In this document: piece by piece, positions 13,843-26,045 of the stretch
How the letters are laid out: each line of letters begins with the position of its first letter
Numbering within the stretch: position 1 is the first letter of the stretch
Assembly (NCBI GenBank): GCA_026025795.1
Contig: JAPEUG010000001.1
Location: 1-64,000 of the forward strand
Direction of reading: 5' to 3'
Origin: Thelocarpon superellum
Lineage: Eukaryota
Length of the DNA: 64,000 nucleotides
The notes under the pieces: generated by a model
The model's database searches: none
Seen by the model: the letters and a program-made list of their open reading frames with translations, nothing else
What the model was told of the DNA's origin: nothing
Made by a program: the position numbers and the translations under genes

Positions 13843-14608
13843 TTAGTCAGACATGTCCTCCTCACTGGCCGCGTACATGTCTAAATCTGCGCTGTCCTCG
13901 CTGGAGACGTCAGCGTCGACGCTGGGGGGAAGGCCGACCGTCGTATCAGCCGCGTTGACAAAATCTGGCCCGTCGTCGTCAGGCCACCCCATGAGCGGTT
14001 CATCGAGCACACGGTAGTTGACGGGCTTGCGTTGACGCAGTGCGCGAGGCTTCGAAACGCGGCCTGCGGTGACTTTTGTGGACTTGCCAATCTGTGTAGG
14101 CGTACGAGGAGAGGCTGAAACGGGCCCTCGGAGTGTAGGGCTCCCATCAGGCGTTAGAGCTGGTGGCGAGATGATATCCTCCGGCTGGTCATCGCCTTGT
14201 TCGATCTTAAGCACTGCACCACCTGGAGCGGTAGCTTGCGCAGGCATGTTCTTTGGAGTGCGTGGCATCACGGGTTGCGGAGCGGCCGCGCCACGCTGAC
14301 TGCTGCTGGAGTTCTCCTGAGCCTTCTCACGGAGGATAGCCAGCCGCTTGGAGATCGCGTTCGGCGTAGTCGCTAGCCAGTATCCCGGATTAGCACTTCG
14401 GTCTCACAGTCCTTTGCTTTTCACACGCACCCATGAGTTCTGCAACTTTGGCATAGTTGGGCTTGACGTCGCTGGCAGCCAAGATCACTAGGAGAAGACG
14501 CTTATCGGTCGAATCATCCCATGTGATACGGGGTGCGGAGGATCGCCTTTGCACGGATCAGCATCGATCTGGTAACGGGGCAGAGAGAAGGTAAGGGACG
14601 TACGGCAT
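13843..14608 (-). CDS. Array gene 2: Myb/SANT-like three-helix protein (W-type)
   Basis: Spliced (introns 14603-14547, 14430-14373): MPRSSAPRITWDDSTDKRLLLVILAASDVKPNYAKVAELMATTPNAISKRLAILREKAQE, continuing in frame into ORF 13843-14271. Confidence 0.82.
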
Positions 14609-15887
14609 GTTTTCCGCTATCTTTTACGCGGTGGATCAAGTCGTTGAGGGAGGCGATCAGGAGACGAAGGGAGGAGCGGTCAGCAATTGCCGGGCGTAGT
14701 GGTGGTGGGGCAAAAACAGAAGATGAGCGCAGGAATCCACGTCGAGGACATTGCTGGCTCGAAGCTCCGGAGCGACGGTGAATGTCCATGAGCGATGACC
14801 TCGCCCGCACGACGTGAAGGCGTTTCCCAATCAGGAATCGGATGGAGATGGCCACGACCTCCGCGCATGTCGTCAGCAACGCTGCTCTCGTTCCATCCTC
14901 GGCGGTATTCTACTGCACCAAGTTCAATGTAGGATGCAGCTGGATCACTAACTGCAAGACTGGCGCTAGCCCGTCCGTCGGGCCCTCTAAGCACGACGCA
15001 GCATCTGTACGGCATCCCTGAATAGACGTTAGGAAGCACGGAAGCAAGGCCAAGGGGTCACATCTTCTTCCCGTCAGATGGTCAACGTGAAGTGATCTAG
15101 AGATACGGACGGCTGTGGTGGACCAAGAGGATCTTCGAAGCGTCTCTACAGCTCTGTGGATGCTCACAGAGCCTATCGTAAGCGAGTCGCTGAGAGGCCG
15201 GGCCACTCCCGGTTGCAGGCCGGTGCCACCCCTCGGCTCACGCGGCCGCCCTGGCATGCAGGGGTCTACATCTTGTTCGGGCGATCACTGGTACGGAGGA
15301 CGTGGCTGCTTCGGCGTTGCTAGCGGCACCACTCAACCAAAGCCAAAATCCATGGCCGCTTTTCCCCACAGTCGTCAGTGTGGAGTGACGAGACGCGTCG
15401 GTATGGAGGGGCGGAGGTATCGATCGCTTCCCATCTCGCACGGAGTGCCAATACTTTTGATGTTCTTGACCGAGCCCTTGTGTATCACCATCCACGCATG
15501 GCGCTTGATGGTCCACGCTCGGGGTGTCCTCGTAGCAATGGTCCAATGGTGAATGACATGGAAGGAGGTCACTTACGGCCTGACCGCCTGGAGGTCCCGG
15601 CTCTCCGAGTAGTGCTCATGTCCGCCGAATGTTGCGCTTCACTCTTGATTTCTCGAGCGCTCGACGTTTTCCTTCGTGGCTTTCAACCACTCCTGTCCGG
15701 TTAAAGCAGCTTCTCCTCCTTCGCTTTCTTCTCCACGCAAGACGTGCCCACTCCATTAGCGCCTCTGCTCGAGACTTGCCAGTGATTCTGCCGCTTCATC
15801 AAGCGAGCTCCACCACCCTCACTCCAGCCGCATTGACCTCTTGCTCGGAACAGTTCAGCTCATCGTGGTGCTATCGTCTTCTTTAAG

Positions 15888-16639
15888 ATGCCTGTCAAAT
15901 GGACTCCCGACAATGACCACATTGTAAGTGTGCTCTCGCGATCTCTCCGATCGCATTCGTCTGTGCTCTCATCGTTGGAGTGGATATCTCTCAAATCACC
16001 GTCGTCGTTACACTACCCCTCTGCACTCGCTCACATGGTCCTGTCCAGCTCCTCTTGAAGCTCCTCGAGACTCATCCAGCAATCGCCATCGACACGGGCG
16101 CTATCTCCGCCTCGTGGCCCTCGGATCGCGAGAAGCCGTCTCCACGTGCGATTACGGAACGCTTTGTGAAGATTCGTCAACTCGCCCGGGCCTCGGGGGC
16201 GGGGAACTTCAGCGTCAGCGCAAGCCCCACCTCCAATGCCAAGAAGGCTCGCCCCACATCGACCCGGGCTAAAGCGCCGGCGACGGCGAATCGCGATAGC
16301 ACCGGTGCGGGTGTGGGCAAGGCCAAGGCTAAGCGCGGCGGCACCATCAAGTCCAAGGCTGTCGGGCCCAAGATCGAGACGTTGAGTGACGCGGGAGACG
16401 AGATGGGCTCCAGCAACGCTAGCAACCAGGTTGACTTCGTTCTCCGCCGTGCAGAGAGTAAGACCCTCGTCCTCGCCGACCTCGACGACGGTGCCTCTGT
16501 TGGCCACGCTGGTTCTGGGGAGGACTACGGCAATGGACACGACGAACCCAAGCGCCTCGATGCACTCGACGCCTACGACGACGGGGGCTATGGGCAGGTT
16601 GTCCACGGCGCTGGTCGTGAGGATGGAGACGAGTTCTAG
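15888..16639 (+). CDS. Array gene 3: Myb/SANT-like three-helix protein (W-type)
   Basis: Intron 15924-16048: MPVKWTPDNDHI|LLLKLLETHPAIAIDTGAISASWPSDREKPSPRAITERFVKIRQLAR, then a Lys/Ala-rich and an acidic tail. Confidence 0.85.
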
Positions 16640-17374
16640 TCCGATGACGCCAGAACAGAAGGACGCCTCGCATTCGGCCGTTTGCCTTCCTTCTACCCGT
16701 ACCCTTTTTCCCTGAACCTCGCTCCCCAACTCTTTTCAACCCAGAGTAGTCACGAAAGAACAAAACAGAAAATGCATCCAAAAATCCAAGTCGAATCATG
16801 CCAGCTACTTTCATGGTAACAGAGGCGTAATGCGCGCGATATGACGGTGTTCATTGAACCAGATCCAACAAACAACTCGAAGCGGACGTTCCGTGTTGGG
16901 TCGAAGTTGTATGTTGCATCCCCCGCAAGCGCTCTGCCGCGCACCGCACAGCCGCGGATACTCTTTCGCCTATCGCCCGGGCGAGCCGCGAGCCGCGGCT
17001 AGCGTTTAGAGGACGAGTTGCGCGCGCGTGTGATTTCCGCGCTACGGAAGGCGAAGACTCGCAGCGACGCAGAATGGCAATGCCGCTCGCCCTAAAGTAC
17101 CCCGACCGGCAGTGTACATGATCCTGAGTAGGCGTGGCCTCCTTCCTTCCGCTACGCCGGACTATAACGCCGAGTGCGACACATCCGAAATTCGCGTCGC
17201 GGATTCTGAATTCCCAATTCCGAATTCCACGCAGCCAGCGACTGGGATCTGAGATGGAGCTGCTGCATGTGCAGCTTCACCTCAGAGCTTCCCTCACTGC
17301 TGTGCCTATGGCAGTCTTGATCTTTGCTCTTAGAGGTTTGGATAGAGGTGGTGAGAGGGAAACAACAATGTAGC

Positions 17375-17615
17375 TGTGACGACGAGGCCTACAGCTAGGC
17401 AGAAACAATAGACGTCGTCAACAGGAGTTGATGTTGTGACTTAGTAGGGCTTGTAGACCTAGTTCTGGCTTCGTAATACTCAAGTGGAACACTGGGGCTC
17501 TGCTAGCTTGCTGCGCAACTCGAGTTATACCGTGGGTACATCACATGCGCTGTCACATGGCCACCCCGTGACTTCCCCTATCCTTACAGCGAGGTCCAGG
17601 GTTCCCGGCCTCACA
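17375..17615 (-). mobile_element. Solo LTR related to the gypsy B-family LTR
   Basis: TGTGACGACGAGGCCTACAGCTAGG...CTGGGGCTCTGCTAGCTTG...GCCTCACA is colinear with the LTR at 42498-42754 (TGTGACAACAAAGGCCTACAGCTAGG...GCCTCACA). TG...CA ends; no matching 5-bp TSD. Confidence 0.85.
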
Positions 17616-18157
17616 GATGGACCAACCATCCGCAAAAGTAGAGCCGTGACAAATGGTGGACACTACTCTGCGCACCCCCAGGTTCTGAACTGACCAGCCT
17701 CATTACCAGCACACGAGCGTCGCTGATGAGAGCTCCCGCATCCGGCAGTGGCGACGTAAGATCTTTCCACAGCAAAGGACACAAATGCTCCTACGGTGGC
17801 AAGGCCGTGTCTGCCAGGCCACGTCTCGCTAAGTCCGCGTACGAGTCCTGGTACTGGATGGACCTCATCCATTCGCGTGGACGGTGGAGGCGAGTGTGCA
17901 AGATCCGAGGAGAATGCCTTCAGCTCCATTCCATTCATTCGATTGCGAATATTCGCTTCCTTGGTCGTGGGCAGGGAGTACAGTCAGGGGAGTGAAAGAG
18001 AGAGGGAAGAACGAATGCGGCGTGCGCGCGACCCTGCTTATCTCTTCGTTTCCTTCTCTTTTCCCTCCGCTCTCTTTCCCCTTCCCTTCTTTGCACCCTT
18101 TGGACCTTTCAATCCCTGTGCCGGCCCTACTCCGTCGCTACGATGCCTGCATGAGCC

Positions 18158-18718
18158 CTACTCGGACGACGGATCCGGTGTGGCCATCAAGGTCTTGGTC
18201 GTTTTGGCCGCGGAACGCTTTCGCTTCTTCGCCAGGACCATCTTTTCCTCATCCACGTCATCGTTATCATACCCCTCGTCATTCTTGTCGTCCTCGGTGG
18301 AGATCTCGTCCACATGGCGCTTCATCACCTTGGCTGCCGATTTGGGTTCTTTCTGGGGCGTGCGCGGCACGGAGCCGTCGGCCGACTCTGCCTCCTTGCG
18401 CAGTTTGAAGATTCGATGGCTGATGGCCTTGGCCGTGCATCCTGTGTGGTTTGAGTGATCGAGTGGATGAGCGGCTGATGAAGCCGAGCGTCTTGTGGGG
18501 CGCGATTGGCTCACCTTCGCCCATGGCGGCCGCGAGCGCATTGTAGTCGAGTTTGACCTCGTGCACTTTCAAAATGTTGATGAGGAGCTGTTTTCGCCGG
18601 CGACAGATGCTCGTGGTCAGCGTGAGGTAGGTGGAACGGTTATAGATGGAGGCAATTTGCGCGCGGATGAGATCATACTTACACGCACGTGGGCATGATC
18701 GTCCCAGCGCACAGGCAT
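18158..18718 (-). CDS. Array gene 4: Myb/SANT-like three-helix protein (W-type)
   Basis: Introns 18682-18588 and 18514-18442: MPVRWDDHAHVR|LLINILKVHEVKLDYNALAAAMGE|GCTAKAISHRIFKLRKEAE, then RTPQK and a KKRKR NLS-like tail. Confidence 0.85.
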
Positions 18719-19616
18719 CTTGATAGCGTTGAAATCGATGGTGATGGGAGACAAGAAGGTGTTGTTGTTGATGTTCTCTTTCGAGGTCAGATTGGGAATC
18801 AAGGGGTGCGCCAGATGGGATGAGAAGGGAAGCGGGGAACTGGAGGCATCGAAGAGGGTGCGAGAAGAAAGTGAGAGAAAGGCAAGGACAATGACACACC
18901 ACGAGTGATCACGGCGAGAGTTTCTGACTTGAGCTGACTGAGAGGAAGAGCGAGAATGGACGGAGCAGAGCAAGGATGACTCGAGCCAATGCAGACAGAA
19001 CAAGGATGTCTCGCGCGAGTGCGACTGCGAGTGCGGAGGCGCATGCGAGCTGGGTTGAGCGAATGTGACGAGAGAACGCAGCGAGGGTGGAGTGGAAGAG
19101 AGTGAAAGGGTGGTGGGGGAAAGAAAGAGAGAGAGAGAGACGGCCGGGGAGGAAAAGCAAGGGAGGAAGAAATGGGAACGGTGAATTTGCGCCAGCCCCC
19201 AGCCCCACCCCCTGCCCCGCAAGCGGACCATGAGTTACATAGGTGGAGGACTCGAGACCTCGTCATGAGGTACTTCTTCCACATGCTCGCAACTACGCAG
19301 GATGGCAATTGGATCTACCCTCGAACCAATCCAGATAGTAGCGTCATTTAGGTTGGAATTGGCGTTGCCTATGCTGTTGTACAATGGTCAAGTTCGAGGT
19401 CGAGGTCGAGTTCGACCTTGATGTGAACTTCTAGGTCTCGAGTGCGTTGAGATGAATGCGCGGATTGCACGTCGTGCTCAGAGTTCCTCCTATGCCCCGC
19501 CAATCCATCGAGGACCTCTCTGCGCATGCGCCAGATGCCTCCGCATGAGCACCCAGCCCTGCCTGCCATGTACGTGAGCGCCTGATGCAAACGACTTCGT
19601 CCATGGAAGGTGGAAT

Positions 19617-20192
19617 CTACTCGTAGAGGCTGCAACGCGTCAGCATCCAACCCGCCGGACATTCCAGAGGAGAAGTAGAGACGAGACGAACCCATCTTCC
19701 GAGACCAGGTCGACCACGTGGCCGGCGGTAGGATCCTCAATCTTGAAAAGAATGGCGCTCTGTTCTGGGTCTGGCTTGAGCTTCTTCATCCGCGGCACGT
19801 CGTCGAGCAGCTCCAGCTCCTCGTCGTCCTGCGCAACGGACGCCTGGCGTTTGGCCGCCTTGGACTTGGGCGTGGGCGTTTTGGCACCGTTGGATCTGGA
19901 GGGCGTGGTGGGGTCGGCGGAGTTGCGACTCTCACGTTTGAGCTTCTGAAAGTGCTGACTAGGCAGAGTCAGTCGATGTGGGAGGAGAAGGGAGATTGGA
20001 GCGATGTGGGAGGAGAAGGGAGATTGGAGAGGCCACGAGAGAGAACGCGTTGTCGTACCGGCATGCCTCATTGGTGAAGGTCGGGCCCATCTTCTCCGCG
20101 ACAAGAGGCCACGAGGGTGTCTTGGGATTGAGCAGTTCGATGATGACGAGCAGGAGCTTGAGCTCAGCCGTATTGTCCCACGGGGACGGCAT
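19617..20192 (-). CDS. Array gene 5: Myb/SANT-like three-helix protein (W-type)
   Basis: Introns 20058-19959 and probably 19691-19630: MPSPWDNTAELKLLLVIIELLNPKTPSWPLVAEKMGPTFTNEACR|QHFQKLKRES...VDLVSEDGLYE*. Confidence 0.83.
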
Positions 20193-21300
20193 GTTGGTTT
20201 GTCCGACGAGAGAGGTCGGAAGAGGAAGACAAGATGAGATGGTGGAGGATGTCTGAAAGGCAATCACGACAGCGTCTTTGAGGACTTTGGTGGGGGGAGC
20301 GCAGAAGATGTCTTGAACCGTGGCAAGGTGCAGAGCCTGTCTACAGTAGAGAAAGGAGTCGCGTGATTGCGGGGTATCTGGACAACATTCACCTGTGGTC
20401 CATTCCAAGACTGAGGCCATGTTCATGGTGAAGACAAAGCAACGACGCCATCAACCCTCCACCATCCGGCAGGTAGGGCAGGTTGGTGGTTGAGGAAATC
20501 TGACATCCCAGAGGAGTGAAGACGATATCATCATGCTAGTCATTGGTCGCTTACGATCAGGGGCGGCAGAGACTTGTGCGACCATTGATGATGCATCATG
20601 GCTGATGGCCAGTCGCCTTGTATCCTATCGGCAATTGCCTCCACTGTAGCCTTAGCGGTGTGTCGGCTCTTTTCACTGTTTAATGTCTCACATGGCGGCA
20701 TTCGGAGGACATCGTCGGCCACCATGTCTGGCCCGTCCGGCGCCCGACATGCTACCCCGGTTTGCCCAAGCGACCCCCTTTCCGTGTGCGGACCGGCCGA
20801 CACAATGCCGTCAGGCTGGCCGCCGTCCCGACGATAATGACCGTCACGCCAGACGAACCGACCTCGTCCAGTGGCCAGCCGGTGCGCGGTAAGAGGATCC
20901 GGGTTTGCTCATCGGCAACGCTCCTCCTTTGTTTCCGTCGCGCGCGTCCGGCATGTTTCCGGAAGAGGCGTGGGGAAATGGCAGGGCGGACGGCGACCAC
21001 GGCGCCGTGGCCCTGTCCATGTTCAGCCAATCCATTTATTTCCACCGTGCCCTCACGGACGGTCACCTCTCTCCCTCTGCCTCCGAACTCAGGGTCTACC
21101 GCATGCGAGCGCAGCACTGGTGAAGGGCAAATGATCGCACGCGCGACTGGGATTCCATAGCTCACTCGCGCCGCTCGACAGGTCATCCGCCGTTCCATTT
21201 CGCGGTCACAACTCTCATCCGTCATCTTCCCCTCGCTACCGCGTGATCATACTCGTATCTTATCCCCTCGCATGCTCTCGCCGCCCGTGTGCGTGACAAG

Positions 21301-22246
21301 ATGCCCACCGACGGGCAGCATGCCAAGTTCCTGTACACCATCCTGAAGCAGCTCGATCTGAAGAGCGTAAGCCACCACGCCGCGACACGCGCCATTCCCT
21401 CTTCTCCCGTGCCGAGTTGACATGTCCTCCGTGTAGATTGACTGGCAGGCCGTGGCCTCACAGCTGGACATCACCAACGGCCATGCGGCGCGGATGCGAT
21501 ACTCGCGCTTCAAGGCGCAGATGGAAGGCCACGTGCCCTCGCCACGACGCCGCACGCCCGGCGGGAGCGCGCCCATGTCGAGCGCACGCTCGCGAAAATC
21601 CATCAAGACGGAGTGCTCCAAGTCCAAGACGCGCGGCCTCGACCAAGCCTGCGGCATGCAAGGCGACGACGACGAGGTGGCCGATGCCGCAGCCACGCTG
21701 CCGCCGGGCGGCATCAAGACGGAGCACGGCACGAGCGAACGCGGCTCGAACGAGCACTGTGCGCCAGACCACCCCGCATACCTCGGCGTGCTCCCGACCA
21801 TGTCCGCATCGAGATCAGAAGAAGAGCGCCGCTTGCTCGGCGCCGTGGACCACCAACTGACCAACCTAAACCGAGACTTTGCGTCCGCAAACACGGCCAC
21901 GCCGCCGGCGTATCCGTCGCCGCCCTCCCCGCACCACGCACTGGCCTTGACGCCTCCGCCCTCCTCGCACCATCTGCATCCCCACCCTCACCCTCCTTCT
22001 CAGCTCCACGGCCACAGCCATCCCTACCGACCGGCCATCCATGCTCAGCCGCCCCGGCGAGACTTCGGTCCCTATGCCGCCATGTATCCGCAGATGACGG
22101 CGGAGCATGCGGTCTTGGACCCGTTGTTGTCTCTTCCCCAGGGCCCGGGTGGCAATGGAACTGACCAGGGACAGGCACGGGGACAGGGACAGGAACAGGG
22201 GTCCATGCACGGACACGTCAAATCTGAGCCACGCTGGGATGAGTGA
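21301..22246 (+). CDS. Array gene 6: Myb-like DNA-binding-domain protein (FL-type)
   Basis: Intron 21367-21436: MPTDGQHAKFLYTILKQLDLKS|IDWQAVASQLDITNGHAARMRYSRFKAQMEG, then a His/Pro-rich tail ending VKSEPRWDE. Confidence 0.9.
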
Positions 22247-23417
22247 AGGGGTCGTCGGCAAGGAGGCGCCCGCTTGACAATGAGTGGGACACGAGGGCAC
22301 GAGAGGAGGCACAGACTGTACGGATGCAATTACGACAGAAACGAAGAAAATAGATAGGGAAAGGCGTTGGCATGTTTCTGAGATCATATAGCATACTGAC
22401 AGGGTCTAAAACACAACGGTCCAGCAAGGTCGCCGAGGTTGCCGACGGGATTGACGGCCCGACCGTGTCTCTCTTGGTCGGCTTCGCCGGGTCCATGACC
22501 CATCACTCACTGTTCCTTTTCGGCTTCTTGGGTGGCCGTCTCACTCTTCCGGGGCGATGAAGTCGACTCTGCATATGCGGCTGGTACGCCACGGTACATG
22601 CGCTGTACATAAGCGGAAACCTAAAGCCGTATCCCTGTAACGGTCCGCATGCCCTATGTAGCATCTTGCAGCGTCAAGTGAGATCACATTCGCCAGGTCA
22701 TCCAAAGCAGAATCCATCATGTTTGGCTCGATACAATGTGAGCTCACAAGATGCCGGCTCCGGCATCCTTGTGCAAATGCAGCCAAGTGATGGACGGCCT
22801 CGACACACACCTCCATCCTGTAGCTGTGACCCAGCGCGAGGTCATTCACACGTTGCGACACGCTGGACGAGAGGGCGTCATTGGTTGACGCCTCCCGGCC
22901 CAGCATGTCGAGCTCATCTCTCGCGGGTCTCGTCCCGTCGTGGTGTAACCAGCAAAGCGCCAGCAGGCGTCGTGATCGTCCAAGGAAAACCCGACGTGTC
23001 TGTCCCCGAAAGCAGGTGAATCGTGAACATTCGCTCGGCATGAGATCCGGCAGGTTCTAAGGCGCCGAGACGGTGCACCCTCCATTCAATGCTTTCGACC
23101 CTGATCGAGTCAACAAGCCATAACATTTGCCTTTCTTGACTCGGCCCTCCCTTCAATTTTCCACACCTTGCCATGCTCCTTTGTCGATTGGCATCCTTGA
23201 TCTCAACCACGACCCGCACGGCACCTTCTGTCGGATCCACGATCCGTCGAACCTCATCTTCGCCCGATCCAAAACGTAGTGTGCAATCCACACAATTACA
23301 GCCAACTCGAATCACCATTCAAGTGCGTGCCCACATCAACTCGCGGCGCTGCATCTAATCATGACGCTCTCAACGACGTGGGAGATTCGGAACATCATGA
23401 GAGCTGACACGTACAGC

Positions 23418-23986
23418 ATGTCCGCTCAAGTGCAGCCGACGCCAAAGGAAGCCTTCTTCATGCTCCATGTCCTGAACAATCAAGAGGGAAAGCCCAAGGT
23501 GAGTGAGATTCTCATCTCGTTTGAGATAAACGCTTCGTCGCACGCACTCATGCACCTAAGCTCATCTTGTGCCTTGTTCTGACCACCGAGCCGCAGGTCA
23601 ACTGGTCGAAAGTCGCGGAAGCGGTCGGCCTGAAGAACGGAGCCACGGCCTCGGTCCGTTTCGGTCAGATCAAGAAGCGTTTGGGATGGACTGACCCGTC
23701 CTCGTCCGCCGCCACCGCGCCATCCACGCCCGTGTCCACGACCGCCCCGCGCAAGACCATTGGCAGCGGGACGAACTTGTCCCCGAGCAAAGTTACCAAG
23801 CCACGCGGGAAAAATGCGGCCAAGGCCAAGATGAGCCAGACCGTGGTGCAGCATGGGTCAGATGTGGCTGATGTCCTTAACGGCGGGGGAGACACCCGCC
23901 ACAATGCCGTGGTGCTGTACTCCAACGCAGACCATGACATGGGATTGAACGGCGACGACGACGATGCCGACGAGGACGAGAAGTAA
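23418..23986 (+). CDS. Array gene 7: Myb-like protein (FL-type)
   Basis: Intron 23499-23596: MSAQVQPTPKEAFFMLHVLNNQEGKPK|VNWSKVAEAVGLKNGATASVRFGQIKKRLGW. Probable 5'-UTR intron ending at 23416. Confidence 0.87.
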
Positions 23987-24597
23987 ACTCGAGAGGTGCC
24001 TCGACGTAGCGATTCAGATGAGCTTGAAATCATCAAGCCGCAGAGCCATAAGCCGTGCTCCAGAGCAGAAGTAGAAGAGTTAGGAGGCAGTGACCAATGC
24101 CACATTTTCTCACCATCCCGTAGATCTGGACCGCCCAGTATTAGTATCGCGAGCACGTCGTCAGACCTCCAAGAGAAGCATCTCCTCGGTTTAGCGTATC
24201 CCCACTCTGATTCCTCGCGTCCTCACTGGTGAGAGGCCTGGACTGCACTCATGTGAGGTGGCGGCATTCACCCCGTGGGGAGTTGCGCACCTTAGTGGAG
24301 CCGCAGCAAGGTGGGCGGGGGCCCCTGGTAGGACCAATTGTAAACAGTCTCGACTATTTAAGTAGCATCGCCACCACACGGTCTGTCTCTCCTTCTTCTT
24401 CTCCTTACCTTCTACCACCACACCTCCACCAACGCCTGTACCTTCGCTGTCGTCAGCCAGTGTTCATACCAACCACATTCCCTCACGTAAGTCCCCAGCA
24501 TCCGGCAGCATCGTCCTTTGGTTGCGCGTCGTGCGGCACGCAGTGACCATCACGTCTCTCACCTGGCGTGATCTCAGTTCTCCATCTCCCAGCCAAG

Positions 24598-25271
24598 ATG
24601 TCGGACACGCCTCCGAAGACCCCAACCACAATCGCCACCAACGGCAAGCCTGCCATGACCGACGCAGATTCCAAGTTCCTTATTGAGTGTCTCAAGAACA
24701 CCAAAGGAGCTGTCACTGTAAGTTTGTCTTTGGAGTTGTGATCTTAAACTGGCGTGCCAGAGAACCTGCATGTCATTTTCGCGTTCTTTCCCCAACCGCA
24801 AATCCACCTGCCTTCAGGGCTGACTCACCTTAGATTGACTTGGACGCCGTTGCCAACGCTCTGGATTACAAAAACCCTCGCTCGGTCGGAAACCGCTTGG
24901 CCCTCCTCAAGAAGACGTACGGTCTAGCCATCACGACCTCTGCCTCAGGCAAGGACACTGGAAAGGAGGCCAACAAGGACGCCTCCCCGGTCGCAGGCGG
25001 TCCGATCAAACCCGACAAGGTCGTCAAGAAGCGTACGCCCCGTAAGCCGGCGGCCAAGAAGCCCAAGAAGGAGGAGGATGACGGAGATTTCAAGGTCCAG
25101 CCTGTCAAGGACGTTGAGGACAAGAAAGTGCCAGCCACCGAGAACGTTGACGAGCCCATGGGCGATCAGGGTCACGACGAGGTCAAGGCTGGTCCCGATG
25201 ATGAGCCCATGGCTGATCACAAGGCCGATCGTGGTGACGAAGCGCTTGAGGCTAACGCCATCGGCGCCTAG
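24598..25271 (+). CDS. Array gene 8: Myb-like protein (FL-type)
   Basis: Intron 24718-24833: MSDTPPKTP...MTDADSKFLIECLKNTKGAVT|IDLDAVANALDYKNPRSVGNRLALLKKTYGL, then a basic and an acidic tail. Confidence 0.87.
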
Positions 25272-26045
25272 TTGATGGCACCATAACCGCCGCCCTCCAT
25301 GGCACATCTTCCTCGGCATTCTTGGCAAGGAATCATTCTGGACCACGAGAATGAGATCGAATTGCGGATTTGAGGGTGCACTTGGTACAAGGGGTGGCGG
25401 GTGGCGGGTGGCGGGTGATTTCACAAGGGGGCGAACTCGCTTCTTTTTCTCCCGTGTTGGGCCACTCTTCTCGGCCCTGTCCCCATCAGTCTCGCAGACA
25501 CCGTTCCCGGTCGTCCTTAGATAGATGCAAAAGAAATTCACGACCCTACCATCACTTCCGTCGCAGCACTCCGTAGCACCTGTGGCTTGTAGTAGCTCCC
25601 TTCCAGTCACTGCGGGAGCTGGCTCGTCTCACCCCTCTCCAGTCGTTGCTGATCGTCTCTGCAACCTTTAGCCATTGCTTTCCTCCTACTTGGAGCGCTC
25701 CCCAATTGGCGCGTACCTCTTGTCAGTCACTGAAACGTGCGTCTTCCTCATCCACCTCGGTGGTTCACTTCCACGACTTACTGCCGCTTGCACCTTCCAC
25801 TCTTCTCTCCCACCGCAACACCCCTGGAAAGCTGGACAACTTCTCTTCTGCGCTCAACACTCTCATCCACCCAACAAAGGCAGACTTCCACAATCAACAA
25901 CGTGCCAGCCTCAGACTCTTCCTTCGCGATCAAGCTCGTGAGTCTTTCTTATCGCTTTTGCGTCGCCGTACTCCTTCACCCTTAACCAATCAGTTGCAGT
26001 TGCGTGTCGTCAGCCGCAAAGTCTGCTCAGCAAATCAACCTCACC

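Noticed and set aside
19975..20032. ~28-bp tandem duplication in the intron of array gene 5
   Set aside because: A simple local slippage duplication in a pyrimidine-rich intron, with no sign of function.
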